In this document: positions 51,591-59,863 of the stretch, piece by piece
Position numbering within the stretch: the first letter of the stretch is position 1
How the letters are laid out: every line of letters begins with the position of its first letter
IMG/VR virus record: IMGVR_UViG_3300037424_001682
Span: 14,115-78,114 of that record
Strand: one strand, 5' to 3'
DNA from: a virus
Taxonomy: Duplodnaviria > Caudoviricetes
Length of the DNA stretch: 64,000 nucleotides
The notes under the pieces: generated by a model
What the model saw: the letters and a program-made list of their open reading frames with translations, nothing else
Database searches by the model: none
Told to the model about the DNA's origin: nothing
Translations under genes and position numbers: made by a program

Positions 51591-51824
51591 TTGATGAAAA
51601 AAATAAAATATATGACAATTTTAGAAGAAATTTTTTTTGGTTGGAAAAACTATATTTGGGCTAATAAAACAATTGAAGATTTAGCAAAAAAACGTATTCA
51701 AATTTGTGCCGATAAGACTATTTGTGATAAATTAAAAACAAATAAAAGATGTGCTATTTGTGGTTGTTATATGCCAGCAAAGGTAAGAAGCCCTAAATCT
51801 AAATGTCCTAGAAAATTTTGGTAA
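51591..51824 (+). CDS. Small Cys-rich (Zn-binding) protein
   Basis: C...C...C..CGCY..AKVR.....CP..FW. Confidence 0.65.
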   Translation: MMKKIKYMTILEEIFFGWKNYIWANKTIEDLAKKRIQICADKTICDKLKTNKRCAICGCYMPAKVRSPKSKCPRKFW

Positions 51825-52227
51825 TTAAAACGAAATATGAATCTTTATATGATTCTCCACTATATTTTTTATGTGGTTCAACACATATCTTAGTAAGCGG
51901 ATCTAACATTTTATAGTCACCTTCAATATCTATTGAAAGTTGCCCATCTAATAAAATAAAACATTCCATATAGTCGTTAGATCGTGCCTTTATTTTAATA
52001 CCTTTAGGAATAACCCCTAAAAATATTTTTTCTTCTGTATCATTTAAATTGGCAATCTTTTTTATTTTGATATTATCATAAACACTATCTTCCCATTTAG
52101 AAAAAAACTTAATAACAATACCGTCTTCTAATTCATGAACAACTGGAAACGTATCAATCATTAGTTCTTTTTTTTCGTAAATGATTTTTTTTGCGCTTTC
52201 AAATGCTTCTTTTAATTCATTAATCAT
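51808..52227 (-). CDS. Cupin-like protein
   Basis: ECFILLDGQL...KYSG pattern. Confidence 0.5.
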   Translation of the reverse strand: MINELKEAFESAKKIIYEKKELMIDTFPVVHELEDGIVIKFFSKWEDSVYDNIKIKKIANLNDTEEKIFLGVIPKGIKIKARSNDYMECFILLDGQLSIDIEGDYKMLDPLTKICVEPHKKYSGESYKDSYFVLITKIF

Positions 52228-52849
52228 TTTTTAATGTTCAGCGTATATATTACAATCATTTTTTGTGTTCTCTATTAATTCAACTAAATATGAAACATTT
52301 TTTACAATTTAATAGATGTTATTTTTTTAATATATTAACACATATTTTTATATAAATAGTTATAAAAAAACATAAAAATTAAATGTAACCCAATAAAATA
52401 TTTATCCGTATATATTATTAACATGAAAAATATTATGAAATTATTTGTACAAAGTTGTGATAGTAGAGAATGTAGAAAAAAACATAAAAATCAAATAAAC
52501 GATATGTGTGAAGCAGTTACAACAATTCATTATTATAATCCCAACACAAAAGAAGTTATTTGTACAGAATGTGGAAAATCATATAAATTGTCTAATTAAG
52601 CAACATTAATTTTTCTATATCCATTATCGATTGCCCATTGAGCAAGATTTTTTATTCTATTTAATATTGGTAAAATATAATCTTTACCTTTAATATTTGA
52701 ATATATATTTTTATGTGTAGTGGTATCTCTTGTTGTTTTATCTGGATAACCAAACAACATATTCTCAGCAACATTTATTTTCATAATCAAATCAACCGCA
52801 TCATAGGAATTTTCAGCACAATTAAACTATTCCATAGATCAAAATATTG

Positions 52850-52922
52850 TTGTCCCATCAGGATTTGAACCTGAAACCTTCTCCTTCAAAGGGAGTTGCA
52901 CTGCCAGTTGTGCTATAGGACA
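52850..52922 (-). tRNA. tRNA-Gln(UUG)
   Basis: Acceptor TGTCCTA/TGGGACA, loop CTTTGAA, T-arm TCAGG TTCAAAT CCTGA. Confidence 0.85.
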
Positions 52923-52951
52923 AAATATTTCTGTAATATATTAAACATTTG

Positions 52952-53023
52952 GGTGTAAGGACGGTTTCGATCCGTCTACTCCGTGTTCACGGCACGGTAT
53001 GTTACCATTACAATACAAACACC
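52952..53023 (-). tRNA. tRNA-His(GUG), atypical copy
   Basis: G-1:C73, loop CCGTGAA (C33), T-loop ATCGAAA, two acceptor mismatches. Confidence 0.6.
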
Positions 53024-53025
53024 AT

Positions 53026-53103
53026 ATGGACGCAAATTCTAACTCGAACAGAATATTTCTCAGCCATCATGCCAAGCGTGTTATCGTATTACACTAAACC
53101 ATC
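53026..53103 (-). pseudogene. Degenerate tRNA-like sequence
   Basis: D-arm-like TAGTGTAATACGATAACAC and TTCGAGT loop, anticodon arm not recognisable. Confidence 0.4.
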
Positions 53104-53189
53104 ATAATAGGAAGTATATTACACTTTTTTGATGTTTTTTCATAAATCAAAACAAATAACAACTAAATGAGCAATATATCACACTTTTT

Positions 53190-53261
53190 GGTGTAAGAGG
53201 GGAATCGAACCCCCATATACATGAGTCACAATCATGCGCTTTACCATTAAGCTACCTACAC
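53190..53261 (-). tRNA. tRNA-His(GUG)
   Basis: Acceptor GTGTAGG/CTTACAC, C73, loop TTGTGAC; position -1 is T in the DNA. Confidence 0.85.
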
Positions 53262-53378
53262 AGTCAATATGAAAAGATTCGAACTTTTGAATGAAGATTC
53301 CTTGTCTTCAAACACCCAACATAATTTTATTTTGCGTTCCTTCAAAATTACTTTTATGTTTACATATTGAGTTATTTG

Positions 53379-54233
53379 TTAAATTGAATTATAATAATCT
53401 AAGAATTTTTTAATTTCATTTTCAATATATAATTTTCCTTTTTTTGTATTAATACTTTTCCAATGTATTCTATATACATTAAAACCATTTTTTTTTAAAA
53501 TATTATCTCTTTTTTTATCGTGTTCTTTTCTATATCTATGCTGTTTACCATCAATTTCCAAATCAATATTTTTATTAGAAATATAAAAATCTAAAAAGTA
53601 TGAATATGGTTCATTAACACCCAAATCTTTTTTTAAGATAGAATAATTATGTTGATAATCAATATTATTATTTTTTAATACTTTAATGAAAATTTTTTCT
53701 GGATAACTAATAATATTTCTAGTTTTCCATCCCTGATGTCTACCTTCTTTAATAATTCTTTCCATAGAAATTTTATTCATTACTGATTTATGTTTTTTTC
53801 GACAATTTTCTGAACAACATTTTGAATTACTAAATGTACCATTTTTAATTCTATTAACATTAAAAGTTTTTTTACAGTAAACACAATTTCTTTTTTTTGT
53901 TATATATCTTGAACAATATTCTTTCTTTTTACCTGCTAATGATAAACTAATTTTCTTTTTTGTTTCATCAGAAAGTTTTCTTTTTTTATTATTAAACTTA
54001 GCAGAACAAGAAGAATTACAAAATTTTTTAATGTTAGAATTTAATTCTTTACCACATTCAAGACAATATTTAGAATCTTTTACCCAATGTGAAATATCAA
54101 CATTAAATTTAATTATCCATTGATTTAATTTTTCATAAGAATGTTTATTTGAATAACCAAAATATTTTAAATTAAATTCATTTTTAGATTTACTGTTTTT
54201 AATACAATTAATAATCTTTTCTTTAGTACTCAT
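53379..54233 (-). CDS. Homing-type endonuclease (Zn finger + DUF559/Vsr-like PD-(D/E)xK) inside tRNA cluster
   Basis: KFCNSSCSAKFNN; SYPEKIF; YFLDFYI...LEIDGKQH; D..RD..L. Confidence 0.8.
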   Translation of the reverse strand: MSTKEKIINCIKNSKSKNEFNLKYFGYSNKHSYEKLNQWIIKFNVDISHWVKDSKYCLECGKELNSNIKKFCNSSCSAKFNNKKRKLSDETKKKISLSLAGKKKEYCSRYITKKRNCVYCKKTFNVNRIKNGTFSNSKCCSENCRKKHKSVMNKISMERIIKEGRHQGWKTRNIISYPEKIFIKVLKNNNIDYQHNYSILKKDLGVNEPYSYFLDFYISNKNIDLEIDGKQHRYRKEHDKKRDNILKKNGFNVYRIHWKSINTKKGKLYIENEIKKFLDYYNSI

Positions 54234-54333
54234 ATTTTTTTTTAATATAAATACTATTAGTTGTCTAAAAACTTAGTTTTGAACTAAAATTATTTCAAAG
54301 AACATATAATAATCTTAAACTCAGATAATTACG

Positions 54334-54408
54334 TCAGGATGGTGAGATTCGAACTCACGAAAACTAGTTCCCAAAACTAGTCCATATGGCCAACTGTGGA
54401 ACATCCTG
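54334..54408 (-). tRNA. tRNA-Pro(UGG)
   Basis: C1:G72, A73, loop TTTGGGA with G37. Confidence 0.88.
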
Positions 54409-54481
54409 ATATTTTGTCCAGCGTATTTACAAGTGCACTTGTATATGAGATGCATACAGACAGTAATCTCACTTTACTTTG

Positions 54482-54553
54482 TATAGTAAGCGGGAATCGA
54501 ACCCGCTACCCGATGGGTCCAAGCCATCGTTGCTACCTTAGACTCTCTACTAT
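54482..54553 (-). tRNA. tRNA-Pro(UGG)-anticodon, atypical body
   Basis: Loop CTTGGAC in CGATGG/CCATCG stem; T-arm GCGGG TTCGATT CCCGC; acceptor ATAGTAG/TTACTAT lacks C1:G72. Confidence 0.6.
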
Positions 54554-54564
54554 ATTTTAGACAC

Positions 54565-54593
54565 AAAAAAACCCCGAACTTTCGAACGGGGTC
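54565..54593 (-). terminator. Attenuator terminator of the Pro/His/Gln tRNA cluster
   Basis: Minus strand ACCCCG-TTCGAAAGTT-CGGGGT followed by T run, 11 nt before first tRNA. Confidence 0.85.
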
Positions 54594-54624
54594 TTGATAG
54601 TTAGATTGAATGTCTCCAAAATAG

Positions 54625-54699
54625 CTAAAGCATAGAACGCCCGTTCAACAGTTGTGGCTGATGTTGGGGTTGATGTACTATGTTAACTATTTTATTCAT
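54625..54699 (-). CDS. Leader peptide MNKIVNIVHQPQHQPQLLNGRSML (24 aa)
   Basis: Translated by hand; control codons CAT CAA CCC CAA CAT CAG CCA CAA at 54675-54652; antiterminator GAACGGG at 54646-54640. Confidence 0.85.
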   Translation of the reverse strand: MNKIVNIVHQPQHQPQLLNGRSML

Positions 54700-54760
54700 T
54701 TTTAATGCTTTTTATGTTTTTATATATTATTTGCACCAATCATGTGGTACATAACAGGTG

Positions 54761-54791
54761 CAAATATAGTAATTCTATTTTTACTTGTCAA
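54761..54791 (-). promoter_or_regulatory. Early/host-sigma promoter TTGACA-N17-TATATTTG driving minus tRNA cluster
   Basis: TTGACA 54791-54786, TATATTTG 54768-54761. Confidence 0.8.
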
Positions 54792-54969
54792 GTGTTTTCA
54801 AAAAAACTTTTGACTTTTTTTTAGAGAACCTTCAACTTAACTTTTCAAGCATCCGAAAATTCTCTTTGACTATACCCGATAATCACGGACTTAACTTAAT
54901 TTTATTTTTTTAAGCAATAGCCATTATAATTATAAATACGCATCAATAAAAAAATGGTTACTATTTTAC

Positions 54970-55000
54970 TTGACTTTTTTTTAGTTTTTTTTTAACTTTA
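54970..55000 (+). promoter_or_regulatory. Divergent early-type promoter TTGACT-N17-TAACTTTA
   Basis: Same spacing as other sites, one mismatch in -7 element. Confidence 0.5.
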
Positions 55001-55186
55001 CAAAAAAAATAGAATAATGGATACAGTATGAAATAATATTGAATATTATTCCTTTTTTAAACATAAAGTTTAAATGGGTTTACTGCTAAACCCTCTATTC
55101 CCTCCATTAATGCTTCGGGAACTGCTTTTCTCATAAATACTAATAAAATAAAAAAAAAATATAATTCTGAATAAAAAAATAATATA

Positions 55187-55561
55187 ATGGATACATTAAA
55201 TGTTTTAATTTTAATATTCGCGCTTCATTTTATTGGAGATTTTATATTTCAAACAAGAGAAATGGCTGAAAATAAAAGCAAGTCAATTTATTGGTTGACT
55301 TATCATGTATTTAATTATTGTTTACCTTTTGTTCCTATAGCATTCTTAATTGGATTTGATGTTCAATATATAGAATTCTTATTTGTTTTATTTATTACTC
55401 ATTGGTTAACAGATTTTTTCACATCAAAAGCAACTTCTTATTTTTGGAAAAATAAAAAAGAAAAATTGTTTTTTTCTATGATTGGTTTTGATCAATTAAT
55501 ACATACTATTACATTAATAGAAATTTACAAATATTTCATTCATCCATTCGTATTTATATAA
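55187..55561 (+). CDS. DUF3307 membrane protein
   Basis: ALHFIGDFIFQT..MA..K; H; THWLTD; GFDQLIH. Confidence 0.85.
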   Translation: MDTLNVLILIFALHFIGDFIFQTREMAENKSKSIYWLTYHVFNYCLPFVPIAFLIGFDVQYIEFLFVLFITHWLTDFFTSKATSYFWKNKKEKLFFSMIGFDQLIHTITLIEIYKYFIHPFVFI

Positions 55562-55571
55562 AAATGTAAAA

Positions 55572-56057
55572 ATGGATATGAACACTAAAAAGTTAATCAA
55601 AATAATAAACGAAGAAATAAATAGGTTTGATTATCTTAGTAGAGATATTAAAGAGGCTTCCGACGCTAAAAAATCTGTGGTGGATTCTAAAGATTTTAAA
55701 GTAAATTTTGTGAATGATATTTTAACAAACAATACTGATGCAATTAAATTCTCAGAAGTCGTTGGTTCAAAAAAAGATAATGAAAATCCAAATGATATAT
55801 TTAATGTAGGTAATAGTGAATTATATTATGAAATACATTTGTTTTATGAATTTTTAGGTAAAGAATATGAATTAACATTATTGTTAGAAGGCAGAAATGT
55901 TAAAAGTGAACCAAAAATTGATTATAATTCTATAGATACTATATTAACCCTAGATGAAAATGGTGAAGAAGTTGATCTTGATTGGTTAAAAACCGATAAA
56001 GAAATGTATAGTAGATTCATTCAATCTTTAATTAAAAATGATTTTGACGAAGATTAA
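55572..56057 (+). CDS. Hypothetical protein
   Basis: 161 aa; GTATTTATA motif just upstream. Confidence 0.55.
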   Translation: MDMNTKKLIKIINEEINRFDYLSRDIKEASDAKKSVVDSKDFKVNFVNDILTNNTDAIKFSEVVGSKKDNENPNDIFNVGNSELYYEIHLFYEFLGKEYELTLLLEGRNVKSEPKIDYNSIDTILTLDENGEEVDLDWLKTDKEMYSRFIQSLIKNDFDED

Positions 56058-56098
56058 ATGTTTTAATTTGTCCATAATAAAAAAACTTGTGAGATTAC

Positions 56099-56129
56099 TT
56101 GCAAGTTTTTTTTGTTTTTTGTATCTTGC
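56099..56129 (+). promoter_or_regulatory. Early-type promoter TTGCAA-N17-TATCTTGC
   Basis: TTGCAA 56099-56104, TATCTTGC 56122-56129. Confidence 0.55.
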
Positions 56130-56152
56130 ATAAAAAAAATAAATTTAAACCT

Positions 56153-56455
56153 ATGAATGGAAATAATATAAATTTAATTTCTGGATCATCTATTGGTGAT
56201 GATGATATTATTGTTAATATGTATATGCTTATAATTGTGTATAAAACTGAGACATATGTTCATTATTTGGAAGAATCGGCATTAATTAAAGAATTTGAAG
56301 ATGAAAATAATGAAGAATTGTGGATAGGAATTGATTTTTACAATAAATTTCCTTTTGGCGAATTTGAAAAAAATAAAGCTATTCTATTTAATATTAAGAA
56401 TAAAAAAATTGTTGTTCCAAAATTTAAAAAATCATTTAAAGTTGAATTATATTAA
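56153..56455 (+). CDS. Hypothetical protein
   Basis: Start re-assigned to ATG 56153; listed TTG start is the promoter -35. Confidence 0.5.
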   Translation: MNGNNINLISGSSIGDDDIIVNMYMLIIVYKTETYVHYLEESALIKEFEDENNEELWIGIDFYNKFPFGEFEKNKAILFNIKNKKIVVPKFKKSFKVELY

Positions 56456-56526
56456 ATATTTGGACGTTAAACATAACCTAAAATCAGAAAATGCGTATAT
56501 ATATTCAGTAATAAGAAGACTTTATA

Positions 56527-56928
56527 ATGAAAATTGCGAAAAAATATAAATTATTTCTTGATGACATCCGTGATCCACGTGAGGCATATCCATATACAGG
56601 ATTTCAAGAATTCTTAAATGATGATTGGAAAATCGTGCGTAATTATGACCAATTTGTTGATTATGTTACAAAAAATTGGAAAACGCATAAAGCATTTCCT
56701 ACTCTAATAGCATTCGATCACGATTTATCGATAGAAGACATAATGAAAACAGATAATTTCAAAGAAAAAACTGGAATGGATTGTGCTAAATGGCTGGTTG
56801 ATTTTTGTATTGACAATAATTTAGAACTACCAAATTGGATTTCTCATTCAATGAACCCTGCTGGTAGAGATAACATAAATTTATTTTTAAAGAATTATCT
56901 TAAATTATCAAAAAAAAATGGAAACTAA
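56527..56928 (+). CDS. Cyclic-phosphate-processing receiver (Rec)-like domain protein
   Basis: KLFLDDIRDP; VRNYDQF; IAFDHDL; TGMDCAKWL; HSMNPAGRDNI. Confidence 0.8.
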   Translation: MKIAKKYKLFLDDIRDPREAYPYTGFQEFLNDDWKIVRNYDQFVDYVTKNWKTHKAFPTLIAFDHDLSIEDIMKTDNFKEKTGMDCAKWLVDFCIDNNLELPNWISHSMNPAGRDNINLFLKNYLKLSKKNGN

Positions 56929-57095
56929 ATTAAGTGAAAATGTAATTAAAGTTTTAAACGAAAACGAAAAAAAAGGGGCTAATTATGGTAATAGAATAAT
57001 TAATAACGATGGGGTTATTTTTGACTATTCAAATAATGGTTATCATGTTAGAGTTGAAAACATAAAATAATAATTAAATATAATTTCTAAATATT

Positions 57096-57410
57096 ATGTT
57101 AACGGAAGGCAAAAATAAAACAAATGTAAAACCACAATATTTAAAATGTGTTTGTTGTGGTTTTAGTGCACCTGAATATAAATTTGAAAACGGTTTTTGG
57201 TTTTTTAAAAAAAGAAAATGTCCAATTTGTGGATCGCATTTTTATGATAAAATAGAAAGAAAGAAAACTACTCCCGCTCCACAAGGTAGTAAATTGAGAA
57301 CGGACGATAAAAGATGTTTAGAATTTATTTATAATCGATTGATTAACGTTTATAATGAAAACTCAAATTATGATTATATGATAAATTTTAAAAAAATTAT
57401 TGACAAATGA
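57096..57410 (+). CDS. Small Zn-ribbon protein
   Basis: CVCCG and CPICG motifs. Confidence 0.6.
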   Translation: MLTEGKNKTNVKPQYLKCVCCGFSAPEYKFENGFWFFKKRKCPICGSHFYDKIERKKTTPAPQGSKLRTDDKRCLEFIYNRLINVYNENSNYDYMINFKKIIDK

Positions 57411-57700
57411 AAAAGACAATATCTTATAATAAAGCAGAAAAATCATTATGTGTTTTTTATAATTTTAATGATGAGCACATAAGAACATTAATTGTTATTT
57501 ACGAAAACGGCAAAGAATGCGAATTTGAAAAACGTGATCCAATGATAGATGAAGATGTTGACGGTAATGAAATATCTTGGGCAATTTGTGATGAACTAGT
57601 CGAAATGGGTTTATTAAATGAAGATGAGGAATCGTTCGATGTTTTTTATGAAATGACTAATGATGGAATAGAATTGGTTTATGAATTAATAAATAAATGA
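57407..57700 (+). CDS. Hypothetical acidic protein
   Basis: 97 aa, coupled to upstream ORF. Confidence 0.5.
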   Translation: MKKTISYNKAEKSLCVFYNFNDEHIRTLIVIYENGKECEFEKRDPMIDEDVDGNEISWAICDELVEMGLLNEDEESFDVFYEMTNDGIELVYELINK

Positions 57701-57765
57701 TTAACTTATTTAAGAAATTTTTCAGATAAAACTAAAGAAGCATTTAAGGAAAATAAGAGATAATT

Positions 57766-58146
57766 ATGAGTTGTAATAGTAGAATTTGTGGATATTCATT
57801 AAAATTAAATGAAAATTTACAAAATATGGATAAATTAAAAGAAATATCAGAAATATTGGGATATAGTTGGGATGATGATTGTGAATGGGATGAAATTATG
57901 TTTAGTGAATGGGATAAATATATAAATAAATGGAAACCACATAAAGATTATTTTGGTAATTTAGGATTTATTTATACGAAAGACTATGAATATGATGCCG
58001 ATGATGTTATATTTTATTGTGAAATAAATGAAATAGAATTAGCATTAAAAGATTATATTGATAAAACTAATATAATTCCTGATAATAATATAAAATCATT
58101 TGCTATTATTTATTATAATGGAAGCGATTGTCCTTTTAAATATTAA
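57766..58146 (+). CDS. Hypothetical protein
   Basis: 126 aa ORF. Confidence 0.55.
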   Translation: MSCNSRICGYSLKLNENLQNMDKLKEISEILGYSWDDDCEWDEIMFSEWDKYINKWKPHKDYFGNLGFIYTKDYEYDADDVIFYCEINEIELALKDYIDKTNIIPDNNIKSFAIIYYNGSDCPFKY

Positions 58147-58148
58147 CT

Positions 58149-58628
58149 ATGAAAAAAATACTAAAATTTTTAATTAAAAATAAATTAACATTAATATCTA
58201 TAGGTTTTTTTGCTATTGCTGTGTTATTATTAGCATTCGGACCTATTCTTATCGATAAGAAATTTAAAAACTCTAAAACTTATCCTAAGAAACATTATAT
58301 ATATGAAGAAAAGTTTGATCTAAGTACTGTACCTTCTGGATATGTCATTTGGCGACATGGAGTTCCAAAATATCCCATGAATTTTAATTATGCAGATTCT
58401 GCAACAAAATATGAATATTTTGATATTGGAATATTTGACAATAATAATGGAATTATATATCAAGTTAGAGTTCCATTCTACGCTATAGGTATTTTTAGAC
58501 AAGAATATGTCAATACAGATATGTATAGAAAAAAAAACTCTATTCCAAAATTCCCTAAAAAACAACCTAAAGAGGAAAAAAAAGAAGATTTAAAAGATGA
58601 TTATAAATTAATTTTATTCTATAAATAA
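58149..58628 (+). CDS. Membrane-anchored hypothetical protein
   Basis: N-terminal TM LISIGFFAIAVLLLAFG. Confidence 0.55.
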   Translation: MKKILKFLIKNKLTLISIGFFAIAVLLLAFGPILIDKKFKNSKTYPKKHYIYEEKFDLSTVPSGYVIWRHGVPKYPMNFNYADSATKYEYFDIGIFDNNNGIIYQVRVPFYAIGIFRQEYVNTDMYRKKNSIPKFPKKQPKEEKKEDLKDDYKLILFYK

Positions 58629-58645
58629 AAAAAATACGGAAAAAC

Positions 58646-58676
58646 TTGACATTTTCCGTAACCTTTTTTATCTTTG
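58646..58676 (+). promoter_or_regulatory. Early/host-sigma promoter TTGACA-N17-TATCTTTG driving plus tRNA cluster
   Basis: TTGACA 58646-58651, TATCTTTG 58669-58676; -35 flanked by 9-bp inverted repeat. Confidence 0.82.
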
Positions 58677-58728
58677 CAACGTATTTAAAGTTAAACAATA
58701 TAAAAAAAAAATAAAAAGTTCGAAAATA

Positions 58729-58848
58729 ATGAAAACATTAAACGACATAGTAGTATTAGTAGTAGATGCAGTCGCAGCCATGTTATGGTTGGAAGATGAT
58801 GCAGAACGCATGTCTTGTCGGGTAATGAATAAGATTACAATTGAATAA
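58729..58848 (+). CDS. Leader peptide MKTLNDIVVLVVDAVAAMLWLEDDAERMSCRVMNKITIE (39 aa)
   Basis: Translated by hand; 19 control codons at 58750-58806; GTCGGGT at 58817-58823 duplicates terminator 3' arm. Confidence 0.85.
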   Translation: MKTLNDIVVLVVDAVAAMLWLEDDAERMSCRVMNKITIE

Positions 58849-58870
58849 AGAGTAATCAAAAAGAAATTCG

Positions 58871-58898
58871 AAACCCGATCTAAACAGTCGGGTTTTTT
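58871..58898 (+). terminator. Attenuator terminator of the Leu/Ala/Val/Met/Glu/Asp/Trp cluster
   Basis: AAACCCGA-TCTAAACAG-TCGGGTTT followed by T run. Confidence 0.85.
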
Positions 58899-58978
58899 GT
58901 TTTATACATAATTAAAAGAAATGAAAAGAGAAAATATATATAGCGAAGGTTTATGTGGCACAGAGAGTGACTTAAAAC

Positions 58979-59066
58979 GCCTCTGTGGTGGAATTAGTAG
59001 ACGCGTCAGGCCTAAACCCTGATGATTCCGTAATGGGTCGTGCAGGTGCAACTCCTGTCAGAGGTA
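58979..59066 (+). tRNA. tRNA-Leu(UAA)
   Basis: GCCTCTG/CAGAGGT, long variable arm, loop CCTAAAC (C33), T-loop TGCAACT. Confidence 0.8.
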
Positions 59067-59122
59067 CTAAAATATATTATATCTAATATAAACGTTATTT
59101 GACATATTGTTATTATTAAAAT

Positions 59123-59198
59123 GGGGGCGCATGTTCCAAAGCCTTGGCGATGAAAACTTGCAATTTTCGTGTGGTGGATGCGATTTCCACCGTCTCCA
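59123..59198 (+). tRNA. tRNA-Ala(UGC)
   Basis: G3:U70 in GGGGGCG/CGTCTCC, A73, loop CTTGCAA, T-loop TGCGATT. Confidence 0.8.
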
Positions 59199-59231
59199 CA
59201 AAAAAGTTCTTTGACATGTTGTTATTATTAT

Positions 59232-59305
59232 ACACCCATAACTCAATTTGGTAGAGTGGCATTTTTACATGATGTTGGTTCTTGGTTCAAGTCCAAGTGG
59301 GTGGA
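59232..59305 (+). tRNA. tRNA-Val(UAC)
   Basis: Loop TTTACAT, T-arm CTTGG TTCAAGT CCAAG, A1/G72 mismatch. Confidence 0.8.
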
Positions 59306-59406
59306 CTCATACAGGGATAGTATAATGTTAGTACACACCCATCGCAAGGTGAAATAGTCGGTTCAATTGTACGAATAAAGTTTCAGATGATAAGTTTAAT
59401 ACATAT

Positions 59407-59480
59407 CGGGGTGTAGCCAAGCGGCCTAAGGCACTTCTCTCATAAGGAAGGATTCGTGGGTTCAAATCCCATTACCCCTA
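59407..59480 (+). tRNA. tRNA-Met(CAU)
   Basis: Loop CTCATAA; C1/T72 mismatch is initiator-like but anticodon stem lacks three G:C pairs; Met versus lysidine-Ile not resolvable. Confidence 0.75.
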
Positions 59481-59540
59481 CAAAATAAAATAAAAATATG
59501 TGATTTTTTCAATAATATGGAAATATTGTATATTTTAAAT

Positions 59541-59611
59541 GCTGCCGAATGCAATGGGTGAGCAACCAGCCCTTCACGTTGGTGTACAGGGTTCGAGTCC
59601 CTGCGGCAGTA
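59541..59611 (+). tRNA. tRNA-Glu(UUC)
   Basis: Stem CCAGC/GTTGG, loop CCTTCAC (C33), T-arm CAGGG TTCGAGT CCCTG. Confidence 0.75.
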
Positions 59612-59755
59612 GACAATTATAGTTAAACCACCTGCACGTGGTAATTGTTGCACAACCAATTGGTTGACCAAGAGTTTAACAATGTTCTTTAATCCCTACC
59701 TTTGGTAGGAATTCTACAAAGGTTTTAAATGTTGAGCCCATAATCAACATTTAAT

Positions 59756-59828
59756 CGTCTGCGAAGTGTAATGGTTTTGCATGGCATCCTGTCACGGTGA
59801 AGGAGGGGTTCAATTCCCACGTGGACGG
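59756..59828 (+). tRNA. tRNA-Asp(GUC)
   Basis: CGTCTGC/GTGGACG, G73, loop CTGTCAC. Confidence 0.8.
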
Positions 59829-59863
59829 CAAAAAGAAATTGTTCTTTGAAATATTGTTTTTAT

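Noticed and set aside
54410-54480. Palindrome TACAAGTGCACTTGTA between the two Pro tRNAs as a separate element
   Set aside because: Single short hairpin with no further support; likely a processing spacer or tRNA remnant
58668-58859. Listed minus-strand 63-aa ORF with TASTTNTT, resembling a Thr leader
   Set aside because: It is the antisense of the + strand leader; promoter, terminator polarity and tRNAs are all on +
59006-59022. tRNA at 58979 read as amber suppressor (CTA in loop CCTAAAC)
   Set aside because: In a 7-nt loop positions 34-36 are TAA; long variable arm and A73 fit Leu, and the leader uses TTA/TTG
59310-59385. Additional tRNA (Cys/Ala-like) after tRNA-Val, and another at 53265-53340
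   Set aside because: Only fragments of D or T arms; acceptor and anticodon arms do not form, so left as unnamed remnants
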